Positions 28,282-37,204 of a stretch of 54,459 nucleotides of DNA are shown here, in pieces. The notes beneath the pieces were generated by a model. The model saw only the letters and a list, made by a program, of their open reading frames with translations. It made no database searches and was not told where the DNA came from. Positions within the stretch are counted from its first letter, which is position 1, and each line of letters opens with the position of its first letter. This DNA is from Candidatus Limnocylindrales bacterium. Lineage in GTDB: Bacteria; Chloroflexota; Limnocylindria; Limnocylindrales; CSP1-4. Location: assembly GCA_035458865.1 (NCBI GenBank), contig DATHYZ010000020.1, forward strand, positions 1 to 54,459. The letters run 5' to 3'. Made by a program: the position numbers and the translations under genes.

Positions 28282-29013
28282 CTAGACCCGAGGATGCAGC
28301 TCCGGGTGGCGTCGGTGGACCCAGTCCCGGATGGCCCAGGTCGTCGTCTTGAAGGCGATGCCGTCCCAGGGGATCGCCTCGGGCCGGAAGGGACGGACCT
28401 CGAGCGCTTCCGGCGTGGTCGTGGCCACGCCGCCGACGATCCGGGCCTCGAAGGCGATGACGACGATCGCGGCCTCCAGCCGGGAGTAGAGACCGACGAT
28501 CTCGCCGGGCTCCACGACCAGGCCGGTCTCCTCGAGGGTCTCGCGGATGGCCGCCTCGGTGACCGTCTCGTCGACCTCCAGGAAGCCGCCCGGCTGGGCC
28601 CAGGAACCAAGACCCGGCTCGATGCCACGGCGGATGAGGACGAGCTCGCCCTTCTCGGTCACGGGGAGCGTCGTGACGACCAGGCGCGGGTTCACGTAGG
28701 CCACCAGGCCGCAGGAGGAACAGGCCAGGCGGTCGCGGTCCTCGCCATCCACCGGCCCCAGCGTCAACGTCGTCCCGCAACGCGTGCAGTGGTTCATGGT
28801 GGCCTCGATCCAGCGGGGCGCGCCCAGGCCCGAGGCGACGTCGGTGGAGCGCCCGTCCGGGCCGCGGCCGATGGTCTCGACCAGGCGGCGGGCCTCGGCC
28901 TGGCGCTCCTCCTCGGCCAGCTCGGCGGCCAGCTCGGGATCGAGGGGTCGGCCGTCCGCGTTCCGCGGGCCGAAGGGGTCGCGCGACGGGCGGTCGGACG
29001 GGCGGTCGCTCAT
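28282..29013 (-). CDS. NUDIX hydrolase with N-terminal zinc ribbon
   Basis: Nudix box GGFLEVDETVTEAAIRETLEETGL. Zinc ribbon CTRCG...CSSCG. The ATG at 29013 overlaps the upstream stop (ATGA). Confidence 0.8.
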   Translation of the reverse strand: MSDRPSDRPSRDPFGPRNADGRPLDPELAAELAEEERQAEARRLVETIGRGPDGRSTDVASGLGAPRWIEATMNHCTRCGTTLTLGPVDGEDRDRLACSSCGLVAYVNPRLVVTTLPVTEKGELVLIRRGIEPGLGSWAQPGGFLEVDETVTEAAIRETLEETGLVVEPGEIVGLYSRLEAAIVVIAFEARIVGGVATTTPEALEVRPFRPEAIPWDGIAFKTTTWAIRDWVHRRHPELHPRV

Positions 29014-29471
29014 GCCGACAGGACCGCCAGGGTGAACACGACGGCGATGGCCAGGATGACCAGCGTCGCCACGACCCAGGCCAGCCGGAAGACGCCCTTG
29101 ACCCGGTCCACGGGCATCCAGGCCCAGGCGGACCGCCAGATGCGGAGCGTGGCGTCGAGCGTGGTGACCATGAGGAGCGGTGCCCCCACCACGACGCACA
29201 GCTTGATGAGCGGGCTGCCGAGCGGGACGCCGAGCTCCAGGGCCGTGATGGCGACGGCGCCGCAGATCAGCGCGATGACCGAGAGGTTGATGTAGTAGGG
29301 CTGGAGCGGCGTGGGCTTCGCCTCCGGCACCGAGCGCGGCGGGAGGCCCTGGAGGCTGGGCGGCAGGCTCGGCTCACGAACGGTCTGGCGATCGAGCACG
29401 GGCATGCCCGGCTCCCAGCGAGGATCGTCCATGCCGGACGGCGGCGGTTCGGGTTGCGACGTCCGCTCCAT
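29010..29471 (-). CDS. Small integral membrane protein, function unknown
   Basis: 153 aa from the internal ATG at 29471. Three hydrophobic segments (INLSVIALICGAVAITAL, LIKLCVVVGAPLLMV, LAWVVATLVILAIAVVFTLAVL). Sits between purE and the NUDIX gene. Confidence 0.6.
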   Translation of the reverse strand: MERTSQPEPPPSGMDDPRWEPGMPVLDRQTVREPSLPPSLQGLPPRSVPEAKPTPLQPYYINLSVIALICGAVAITALELGVPLGSPLIKLCVVVGAPLLMVTTLDATLRIWRSAWAWMPVDRVKGVFRLAWVVATLVILAIAVVFTLAVLSA

Positions 29472-29520
29472 CGCCTCGAGTGTAGTCACTGGGGGCGAGC
29501 CGACGAGGAGGATCGCCGGC

Positions 29521-30030
29521 CTACGGCAGCGGCTCGGCGTTCGACGGATCCGCCAGCACGCCATCGGTCTGGCGGGATCGGTACGCGGCAAGCCGTTCCG
29601 CCAGCCCCGGGTCGCCCAGGGCCAGGATCGAGGCGGCCAGCAGCGCCGCGTTCGTCGCGTTGCCGATGGCCACGGTCGCGACCGGGATGCCTCGCGGCAT
29701 CTGGACGATCGAGAGCAGTGAGTCCAGGCCGCGAAGGTGCTCGGTCGGGATCGGCACGCCGATGACCGGCAGCGCCGTCTTGGCGGCCAGCATCCCGGGC
29801 AGGTGGGCCGCCCCACCCGCGCCGGCGACGATCACCCGGATCCCCCGTTCGGCCGCCGTCTCCGCGTAGCGGAAGAGGTGGTCCGGCGTCCGGTGGGCGG
29901 AGACGACCCGCAGCTCGCAGGTGACCCCCAGCTCCTCCAGGACGGCGACCGCCGTCTCGAGGACCGGGAAGTCGGAGCGGCTCCCGCCGACGACCCCGAC
30001 GAGCGGGGCCTGGCGGTCGGATCCGGTCAT
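29521..30030 (-). CDS. purE: N5-carboxyaminoimidazole ribonucleotide mutase
   Basis: 169 aa. Motifs: [66 protein letters not shown]. Confidence 0.92.
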   Translation of the reverse strand: MTGSDRQAPLVGVVGGSRSDFPVLETAVAVLEELGVTCELRVVSAHRTPDHLFRYAETAAERGIRVIVAGAGGAAHLPGMLAAKTALPVIGVPIPTEHLRGLDSLLSIVQMPRGIPVATVAIGNATNAALLAASILALGDPGLAERLAAYRSRQTDGVLADPSNAEPLP

Positions 30031-30175
30031 GACGACGATGGTAGCGGCAGCCGGACGACCCGGGTAGACGCGGCCGCGGCGGTCCGGCTGGAGGGTTCCC
30101 TCGGCTGTCCGTGTCGTCTACCCTCTCCGGACACCCGGCCCGGACGACCCGGCACGGACCAGCGACAGGAGCGGC

Positions 30176-33100
30176 ATGGACTGTCCCAGCTGCGGCACCG
30201 ACAACCGACCCGAGCGCAAGTTCTGTGCCTCGTGCGGCTCGGCGCTGGGCTGGCACTGTGGATCCTGCGGCGCCAGCAACCTGCCGGACGAGCGGTTCTG
30301 CGGCGAGTGCGGAACGCGCCGGCCTGAGCCGGGTGCGGTGGCCGCACCGTCCGCCCCGCGGGACGCGACCGGGGCGATGGGGTCCGCCGCCACGGGGCCG
30401 GCCGGTCCCGCCTCTGCGCCCGGGGAGCGCCGCCTGGTCAGCGTCCTCTTCGCCGACCTCGTGGGCTTCACCTCGCTCTCCGGCGAGCTCGACATCGAGG
30501 CCGTTCGCGATCTCCAGTCGGCCTACTTCGACGCCGCCCGAACCGTGATCGAGCGGTACGGCGGGACCGTGGAGAAGTTCATCGGCGACGCGGTCATGGC
30601 GATCTGGGGCTACCCGACGGCCCACGAGGACGACGCCGAGCGGGCGGTGCGAGCGGCCCTCGACGTCGTCGACGCGGTCACCGCCCTGGGCGAATCGCAT
30701 CGCATGCCCAGCCTGGCGGCCCGTGCCGCCGTGGGCACCGGTGAGGCGGCGGTCACCCTCGGCGCCGTCGGCCAGGGCATGGTGACCGGCGATCTCGTCA
30801 ACACGGCCGCCCGTCTCCAGGGCGCCGCCGATCCGGGCACGATCGTCGTCGACGAGCCGACCCAGCACGCGACCCTCCGCTCGATCGCGCTCGAGCCCCT
30901 CGGCGGGCTGGCGCTCAAGGGCAAGGACGGCCCGGTCGCCGCCTGGCGGGCCGTCGGGGTGGTCGCCGGCCGCCACGGTGCCGGCCGGGCCGAGGGGGTG
31001 GAGGCGCCGTTCGTCGGGCGGCGGACGGAGCTGCGAGCCCTCAAGGACGCCCTCGCCGCCACGTCGGCGGAGGGTCGGGCCCGGCTCGTGGCGCTCGTCG
31101 GCCAGGCCGGGATCGGCAAGAGCCGCCTCGCCTGGGAGCTGGAGAAGTACGTCGACGGCATCTCCGAGACGGTCTACTGGCACCGGGGCCGCTCCCCTGC
31201 CTACGGAGATGGCGTCGCCTACTGGGCGTTGGGCGAGATGGTCCGCGAGCGGGCGGGGATCGCCGAGTCGGACGACGCGGGAGCCAGCACGGCGAAGCTC
31301 GACGCCATGCTCGAGACGTACGTCGACGATCCTGGCGAGCGACGCTGGCTGCTTCCCCACCTGCGGATCCTGCTCGGCCTCGACGAGCAGGCCTGGGGCG
31401 ATCGGACCGAGCAGTTCGCTGCCTGGCGTCGGCTCTTCGAGGCCATCTCCGAGCGCGGCACGACGGCGCTCGTCTTCGAGGACGTCCACTGGGCCGACGA
31501 CGGGCTGCTCGACTTCATCGACTCGCTGCTGGAATGGTCGCGGGAGCGACCCGTCCTGGTCGTCGCCCTGGCCCGACCCGACCTCCTCGAGCGGCGACCC
31601 GGGTTCGGGGCGACCAGCCGCAACGCGCTCCGCCTCCACGTCGACCCCCTGACCGCCGACGAGATGCGGGAGCTCCTCGAGCACCTGTCACCGGACCTGC
31701 CCGAGTCGAGCGTCGACGCGATCCTCGAGCGGGCCGAGGGCATCCCGCTCTACGCCATCGAGCTCGTCCGGATGCTGCGAGGTGGAGAAGGGGAGACCGT
31801 CGACCCGTCCCGGCTGGAGATCCCGCCGACGCTCCAGGCGCTGGTGGGCGCCCGGCTCGACGCGCTCGAGGCCGACGACCGGAGCCTCGTCCAGGTCGCG
31901 GCGGTCCTCGGCCAATCGTTCACCCTCCCGGCGCTCGTGGCGGTCGCCGATCAGCCGGCCGACGTGCTGGAGCCACGCCTGCGGTCGCTCGTCCGCCGGG
32001 AGATCCTCGCCGTGGACGTCGATCCCCGGTCGCCCGAGCGCGGCCAGTACGGGTTCGTCCAGTCCGTCATCCGGGAGGTCGCGCTCTCGACCCTCTCCCG
32101 CCGGGACCGGCGGGCCCGACACCTGGCCGCCGCCCGCTACTTCGAGTCCCTGGGCGACGAGGAGCTGGCCCCGGTCCTCGCGGCGCACTACCTCGACGCC
32201 TACCGGGCCGCGCCCGACGACGAGCAGGGGGTCGCGATCAAGGCCCAGGCGAGGTTGGCCGTTCGCGCGGCCGCCGATCGAGCCGGCCGGCTCCACAACT
32301 ACGAGCAGGCGATCCGAGGACTGGCCGACGCCATGGCCCTCACCGACGAGGACGCCGAGCGGGCCGGGCTGCTGCTGCGCCAGGCCGAATTCGCCGAGGC
32401 TGGGGCCCGGACGCAGGACGCGTACCGGTTGATCGAGCTGGCGCGGGCTGCCTTCGAGGGCGTCGGCGACACGCACGGCGCCCTGACCTCGACAGCGCTC
32501 CAGGGTCGGATCGAGCTCTCGGACGGCCACGTCGAGGAGGCCGCGACGTTCCTCGGGCAGTCGCTCGAAGGCCTGGACCCGACCGTGGACCCGGATGTCT
32601 ACGCGCGGCTGGCCAGCCTGCTCGCGCGGGCCCACATGCTGGCGAACCGGTATCCGGCAGCGCTGGAGTGGGCGGAGCGGGCGCTGGCAACGGCGGGTCC
32701 TGCGCGCCTGACCGAGGTCATCGCCGACGCTCTCAACACTCGCGGCGTCCTCCTCCAGGAGGCCGGTCGGCTCGACGAGGCCCTGCTGCTCATCCGCGCG
32801 GCGATCCAGCTGGCGGCCGACAACCACCACTCCCACGCCGAGCTCCGGGCGCGCTACAACATGGCCGGGCGGATCTACGCCGACGATCCCCGAAAGGCCG
32901 CGGACGTCATCCACGGGGCGATCGAGGTCGCGACCCGGACCGGGCGGCGCGACTGGCAGGCGCTCGCGGCGACGTTCGCGGCCGTCATCGACGAGGGCAT
33001 CGGCGAATGGGACCGAGCCCTCCGGATCCTCGACGATCTCGATTCGGCGGCCGGGCCGGCGGCGGAGGAGTCGGACATGGTCGCGGTCCGCGCGGCCATC

Positions 33101-33745
33101 GAGGCGAAGCGAGGGGATCGGGCAGCCTGGCCGGCCGCGGCGACCCGGATCCAGGCTCTGCTCGAGCACAGCTCCAACACCCAGAACGTCGGAACGTTCG
33201 TCTGGTACGCCAGCGACGTGGCCCTGGCCGAGGGCCGCCTCCGGGACGCCCTGGCCGAGTCGGGCCGGGTCACGTCCGGCAACTGGCTCTACGGGGCGAC
33301 GCACCACCGGGCCCGGGCGGCGATCCGCCTGGGCGATCGCGCCGAAGCGCGCGCCGCGGTCGAGGTCCCCGCCTACCGGGCAGAGGTCGGGATCGTCCGG
33401 GATGCCGAGCGAGCCTCCATCGAGGCGGGGGTCGTCGCCGTCGAGGGTCGTCGCGACGAAGCAGTCGCCCGGTACCAGGAGGCGGCCAGGTCGCTGCGGG
33501 CTCTCGATGTCCCGCAGGACCTCGCGGGCATGCTGCTCGACGCCGCGTACGTCCTGGGTCCCGACGACCCGGCCGTGCCGGCGATGGCCGAGGAGGCACG
33601 GGCGATCTTCGAGCGCCTCGGGGCGCGGGCGCTGCTGGACCGCCTGGAGGAGGCGATGTCGCGTCCCGGCACGGCGGTCCGGACCGCGAACGCCACGGCC
33701 CCGCGGGCTCGGTCCACCGAGGCCGGAGCCCGGACCGAGGGCTGA
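30176..33745 (+). CDS. Double zinc-ribbon / class III adenylate-guanylate cyclase / AAA(STAND-like) ATPase / TPR-like repeat protein
   Basis: 1189 aa. Zinc ribbon CPSCG..CASCG..CGSCG..CGECG. Cyclase domain (RRLVSVLFADLVGFT, KFIGDAVMA, GDLVNTAARLQ). P-loop GQAGIGKSRLAWE and Walker B-like ALVFEDVHWAD. Long helical Ala/Leu-rich C-terminal half. Confidence 0.85.
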   Translation: MDCPSCGTDNRPERKFCASCGSALGWHCGSCGASNLPDERFCGECGTRRPEPGAVAAPSAPRDATGAMGSAATGPAGPASAPGERRLVSVLFADLVGFTSLSGELDIEAVRDLQSAYFDAARTVIERYGGTVEKFIGDAVMAIWGYPTAHEDDAERAVRAALDVVDAVTALGESHRMPSLAARAAVGTGEAAVTLGAVGQGMVTGDLVNTAARLQGAADPGTIVVDEPTQHATLRSIALEPLGGLALKGKDGPVAAWRAVGVVAGRHGAGRAEGVEAPFVGRRTELRALKDALAATSAEGRARLVALVGQAGIGKSRLAWELEKYVDGISETVYWHRGRSPAYGDGVAYWALGEMVRERAGIAESDDAGASTAKLDAMLETYVDDPGERRWLLPHLRILLGLDEQAWGDRTEQFAAWRRLFEAISERGTTALVFEDVHWADDGLLDFIDSLLEWSRERPVLVVALARPDLLERRPGFGATSRNALRLHVDPLTADEMRELLEHLSPDLPESSVDAILERAEGIPLYAIELVRMLRGGEGETVDPSRLEIPPTLQALVGARLDALEADDRSLVQVAAVLGQSFTLPALVAVADQPADVLEPRLRSLVRREILAVDVDPRSPERGQYGFVQSVIREVALSTLSRRDRRARHLAAARYFESLGDEELAPVLAAHYLDAYRAAPDDEQGVAIKAQARLAVRAAADRAGRLHNYEQAIRGLADAMALTDEDAERAGLLLRQAEFAEAGARTQDAYRLIELARAAFEGVGDTHGALTSTALQGRIELSDGHVEEAATFLGQSLEGLDPTVDPDVYARLASLLARAHMLANRYPAALEWAERALATAGPARLTEVIADALNTRGVLLQEAGRLDEALLLIRAAIQLAADNHHSHAELRARYNMAGRIYADDPRKAADVIHGAIEVATRTGRRDWQALAATFAAVIDEGIGEWDRALRILDDLDSAAGPAAEESDMVAVRAAIEAKRGDRAAWPAAATRIQALLEHSSNTQNVGTFVWYASDVALAEGRLRDALAESGRVTSGNWLYGATHHRARAAIRLGDRAEARAAVEVPAYRAEVGIVRDAERASIEAGVVAVEGRRDEAVARYQEAARSLRALDVPQDLAGMLLDAAYVLGPDDPAVPAMAEEARAIFERLGARALLDRLEEAMSRPGTAVRTANATAPRARSTEAGARTEG

Positions 33746-35212
33746 CTACTCGCCCTGGGCCTTGCTGTAGCCGGGCTCGCCGTCGAACGTCTGGAGCCGC
33801 TCGACCTGGCTCCAGCGGTAGCCGGCCCCGGAGATGCGGCCGAGGACGTCGAGCAGGTCGCCGTCGTTGACGTCCACGCCGTCGCGGCCGACGATCCGCA
33901 GCCGCCACCAGCGGACGTCGTCGATATCGCTGATCTCGTCGGCCGGGTAGACCTTCGTCCCGCGCGAGCTCATCAGCTTCAGCCGCATCCGCTCGCCGGT
34001 CAGCGCCTCGATCGCCCTCCCCACGCTCAGGGCGTCGCCATCCGCCTCGATCATCACGTCCATCCCGACGAGGCCCCGGGCGATCCGCGCGTACACCGCC
34101 GGGTCGTACGACCAGCGGGGCGGTCGGGGCGCATCGGACGGCTCGCGACGAGGACGACCCTTCACCTCCGGGCCGCGCTGGCCCAGGTTGGCGATGACCG
34201 CGTCCGTGAAGGCGGTCGTGGAGGCGGCCTGGGCCGCGTCGCCGCCGGTCTGGCGGGCGAGGTCCTGGGTCATCACGGCGCCGGAGGCGAGGGTCGCGAA
34301 GACGGCGCTCTCGACGGTGTCGGCCGCTTCGTGCTCGCCGAGGTGGTGGAGCATCATGACCGACGAGAGGATGAGGGCGGTCGGGTTGATGACGTCCTTG
34401 CCGGCGTACTTCGGGGCCGAGCCGTGGACCGCCTCGAAGATCGCGACGTCGTCGCCGTAGTTGCCCGAGCCGGCGAAGCCCAGCCCGCCGACCAGCCCCG
34501 AGGCCAGGTCGCTCAGGATGTCGCCGTTCATGTTCGTCATCACCAGGATGTCGAACTGGGCCGGATCCTTCGCCATCTGGTGGGCCGCGTTGTCGACGAT
34601 GATGTGGCGGGCCTCGATCTCCGGATACTCGGTGGCAAGCTCCTCGAAGGTCCGCTTGAAGAGGCCCTCGGTCTGCTTGAGGATGTTCGCCTTGGTGGCG
34701 CAGGTCACCGAGAGCCGCCCCTCGCGGCGGGCCAGCTCGAAGGCGTAGCGGATGATCTTCTCCGAGCCCTTGCGGCTGATGACCTTGAGCGCCTGGGCCA
34801 CGTCCGGCGTCTGCATGTGCTCGATGCCGGCGTAGAGGTCCTCGATGTTCTCCCGGACGACGGCGAAGTCGATCCCCTCGCCCGCGTAGCGGGTGGGCAC
34901 GCCCGGCAGCTCACGGACCGGGCGGACGTTGGCGTACGTCTCGAAGAGCTTCCGAAGGGTCACGTTGGCGCTCTTCTCGCCGAAGCCGACCGGCGTCTCG
35001 AGGGGCCCCTTCAGGGCGACCCGTGTCCGCTCGATGGACTCGCGCGTCTCACGCGGCACGCCCGAGCTGTCGCCGCGCTTGAAGACCTCGGCACCAGCCT
35101 CGGCCCACTCCCAGTCGATGGGCACGCCGGCCGCGTCGATGATGCGGACGGCCGACCGGACGACCTCCGGCCCGACGCCGTCGCCGGGGATGACGGTGAC
35201 GCGATGACGCAT
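33746..35212 (-). CDS. NAD-type isocitrate dehydrogenase (isocitrate/isopropylmalate dehydrogenase family) with a ~140-aa C-terminal extension
   Basis: Internal ATG at 35212 (MRHRVTVIPGDGVGPEV). Motifs: SANVTLRKLFETYANVRPV, NMNGDILSDLASGLVGGLG, FEAVHGSAPKYAGK. The family core ends near aa 345 and the ORF continues to aa 488. Confidence 0.85.
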   Translation of the reverse strand: MRHRVTVIPGDGVGPEVVRSAVRIIDAAGVPIDWEWAEAGAEVFKRGDSSGVPRETRESIERTRVALKGPLETPVGFGEKSANVTLRKLFETYANVRPVRELPGVPTRYAGEGIDFAVVRENIEDLYAGIEHMQTPDVAQALKVISRKGSEKIIRYAFELARREGRLSVTCATKANILKQTEGLFKRTFEELATEYPEIEARHIIVDNAAHQMAKDPAQFDILVMTNMNGDILSDLASGLVGGLGFAGSGNYGDDVAIFEAVHGSAPKYAGKDVINPTALILSSVMMLHHLGEHEAADTVESAVFATLASGAVMTQDLARQTGGDAAQAASTTAFTDAVIANLGQRGPEVKGRPRREPSDAPRPPRWSYDPAVYARIARGLVGMDVMIEADGDALSVGRAIEALTGERMRLKLMSSRGTKVYPADEISDIDDVRWWRLRIVGRDGVDVNDGDLLDVLGRISGAGYRWSQVERLQTFDGEPGYSKAQGE

Positions 35213-35329
35213 GGGAGCGGGAACCTCGCTGGGTGGTTGGCGGACGCGCTGCACATCGTAGGCCGACTCGGCCGGGGGTGGGGAATCGTTCCCGGTCGGG
35301 CGACGAGCGCGGGCGCGGTCCCAGCCGGG

Positions 35330-37198
35330 CTACGCCCAGTGCAGGGCCCTTCTCGCCCGGCGGGCCCGCTCCAGGGCGGCCTCGACCCCCTCCGCCACAT
35401 CGGGGTCGTCGAGCCTCGAGTCCCCGAGCGCGACCACGTGGCCCATCTTGCGGCGCTCGAAGACCTCCCGCTTGTCGTAGACGTGGACGCGGACCCGGGG
35501 ATCGGCCAGGGCGTCGGCCAGGCCGGTCAGGGCAGCCGGACGGCGCGGCCCCTCGCCGAGCAGGTTGACGAGCGCGACGGCCTCGTCCTGGCCCGGATCG
35601 CCGAGCGGCAGCCCGCAGATGGCCCGGACGTGCTGCTCGAACTGGCTCGTCCGGCACGCCTCGACCGTCCAGTGGCCGCTGTTGTGGACCCGCGGCGCCA
35701 GCTCGTTGACGACGAGCGAGCCGTCGCGGAGGAGGAAGAGCTCGGCGGTGAGCAGGCCGACGAGGCCCATCCCCAGGGCCAGCGACTCGCCGATCGCGAC
35801 CGCTCGGCGGACGACGTCGGCGTCGATCGGCGCCGGCGCGACCGACTCCACGAGGATCCCGGCGTCGTGGACGTTGCGGGCGACCGGGAAGGTCGCCATC
35901 GACCCGTCAAGGCCGCGCGCCACGATGATCGAGAGCTCCATCCGGAAGCCCAGCTCCACCTCGAGCAGGGCCGCCTCGTCGGCCGGGCGACCGAGCCGCC
36001 CGAGCGCGTCGCGGACGGATGCCGCAGCCGCGTCGCGTCCGCCCTGCTCCGCCGCCGACGGGATGCGGACCTGGCTGCGGCCGTCGTAGCCGCCGATCGA
36101 GGCCTTGAGGCGGAGGGCGACGCCCGGGTGGCCGAGCTCGGCCGCCGCCGCCATGACCGCGTCGACGTCGCGGACCTCGCGCCAGGGCGCCACGGCGATC
36201 CCCCGGGACTCGACGAAGCGGCGCTCGGCCAGCCGGTCCTGGGTCACCCGCAGCGGGTAGGGCCCAGGTCGGACCGGGCGCACCTCATCGACCGCATCGA
36301 CGACCGCGGCATCGACGTGCTCCAGCTCGTAGGTCACGACGTCGCTGCCCTCGGCCAGCTCCCGGGCGCCCTCCACCGAGTCGTACGGCGCGACGACCAA
36401 CCGGTCCGCGATGGCCGCCGCCGGGCAATCGGGATCGGGGTCCAGGACGGCGACCCGGTAGCCCATCGCGCGGGCAGCGAAGCCGAGCATCCGACCCAGC
36501 TGGCCGCCGCCGAGGATGCCGATCGTCGCGGGAGGCTCGATCGGCTCGCGCAGCAGGCCGAGGCGCGCGTAGGCGGTCGAGATCCAGCTCGACTTGGCGT
36601 ACGCGTAGACGTGGCCGTCGAGCGGTCCCTCGGTGGCGGCGACGATCCCGCGCTTCACCGCCGCGTACTGGCCACGGAGGTCCGCGTCGGCGCGGAGCGC
36701 GTCCCGGAAGGCGACCTCGCGCTCGAAGTCGCCCTCCCAGGGAGATGGGCCGGTCGGATGGACGTGGAGATGGATCCGGAACCGCTCGCCCCGGGCCACC
36801 ATCGAGCCGACCAGGAGGGGTCGGGTCGGCGGGAAGACGTCCGGTCCCGGCTGGGGCTGGAAGCCGAGATCCGACAGCATCTCGACGATCGCCGGGATGT
36901 CGGCCGGGTCCGCCTGGACGGCCAGATCCACGATGTCCTTGCCCGGCAGCCCGGGCACGGCAGAGCTCCCGATGTGCTCGATCTCGAGGTCGGGGCGACG
37001 GTCCCGGATCAGCGAGCCGACGGCCTGGGCGACGTCGACGACCCGCGGGTCCCAGGCGTGGATCGCGGCCGGCAGCCGCTCGTACGGGCCGATGGGGGGC
37101 ACGGCAGCATCGACGGCGCCGGTCGGATCATCGGGTTCCTCGCTCACGGCGGTGAGTGTAGGCCGGCCCGTCGGACGCCGGCTCGGCTGGGCTAGCAT
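35330..37198 (-). CDS. purK: GrpB-domain / N5-carboxyaminoimidazole ribonucleotide synthase fusion
   Basis: The C-terminal ~390 aa are PurK (IGILGGGQLGRMLGFAARAMGY, ATP-grasp, NELAPRVHNSGHWT, RKMGHV). The N-terminal ~230 aa are GrpB-like (IEHIGSSAVPGLPGKDIVDLAV, HLHV). There is no stop and no ATG/GTG/TTG at the junction. The start is ATG 37198 or GTG 37147. Confidence 0.8.
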   Translation of the reverse strand: MLAQPSRRPTGRPTLTAVSEEPDDPTGAVDAAVPPIGPYERLPAAIHAWDPRVVDVAQAVGSLIRDRRPDLEIEHIGSSAVPGLPGKDIVDLAVQADPADIPAIVEMLSDLGFQPQPGPDVFPPTRPLLVGSMVARGERFRIHLHVHPTGPSPWEGDFEREVAFRDALRADADLRGQYAAVKRGIVAATEGPLDGHVYAYAKSSWISTAYARLGLLREPIEPPATIGILGGGQLGRMLGFAARAMGYRVAVLDPDPDCPAAAIADRLVVAPYDSVEGARELAEGSDVVTYELEHVDAAVVDAVDEVRPVRPGPYPLRVTQDRLAERRFVESRGIAVAPWREVRDVDAVMAAAAELGHPGVALRLKASIGGYDGRSQVRIPSAAEQGGRDAAAASVRDALGRLGRPADEAALLEVELGFRMELSIIVARGLDGSMATFPVARNVHDAGILVESVAPAPIDADVVRRAVAIGESLALGMGLVGLLTAELFLLRDGSLVVNELAPRVHNSGHWTVEACRTSQFEQHVRAICGLPLGDPGQDEAVALVNLLGEGPRRPAALTGLADALADPRVRVHVYDKREVFERRKMGHVVALGDSRLDDPDVAEGVEAALERARRARRALHWA

Positions 37199-37204
37199 CC
37201 GGAC

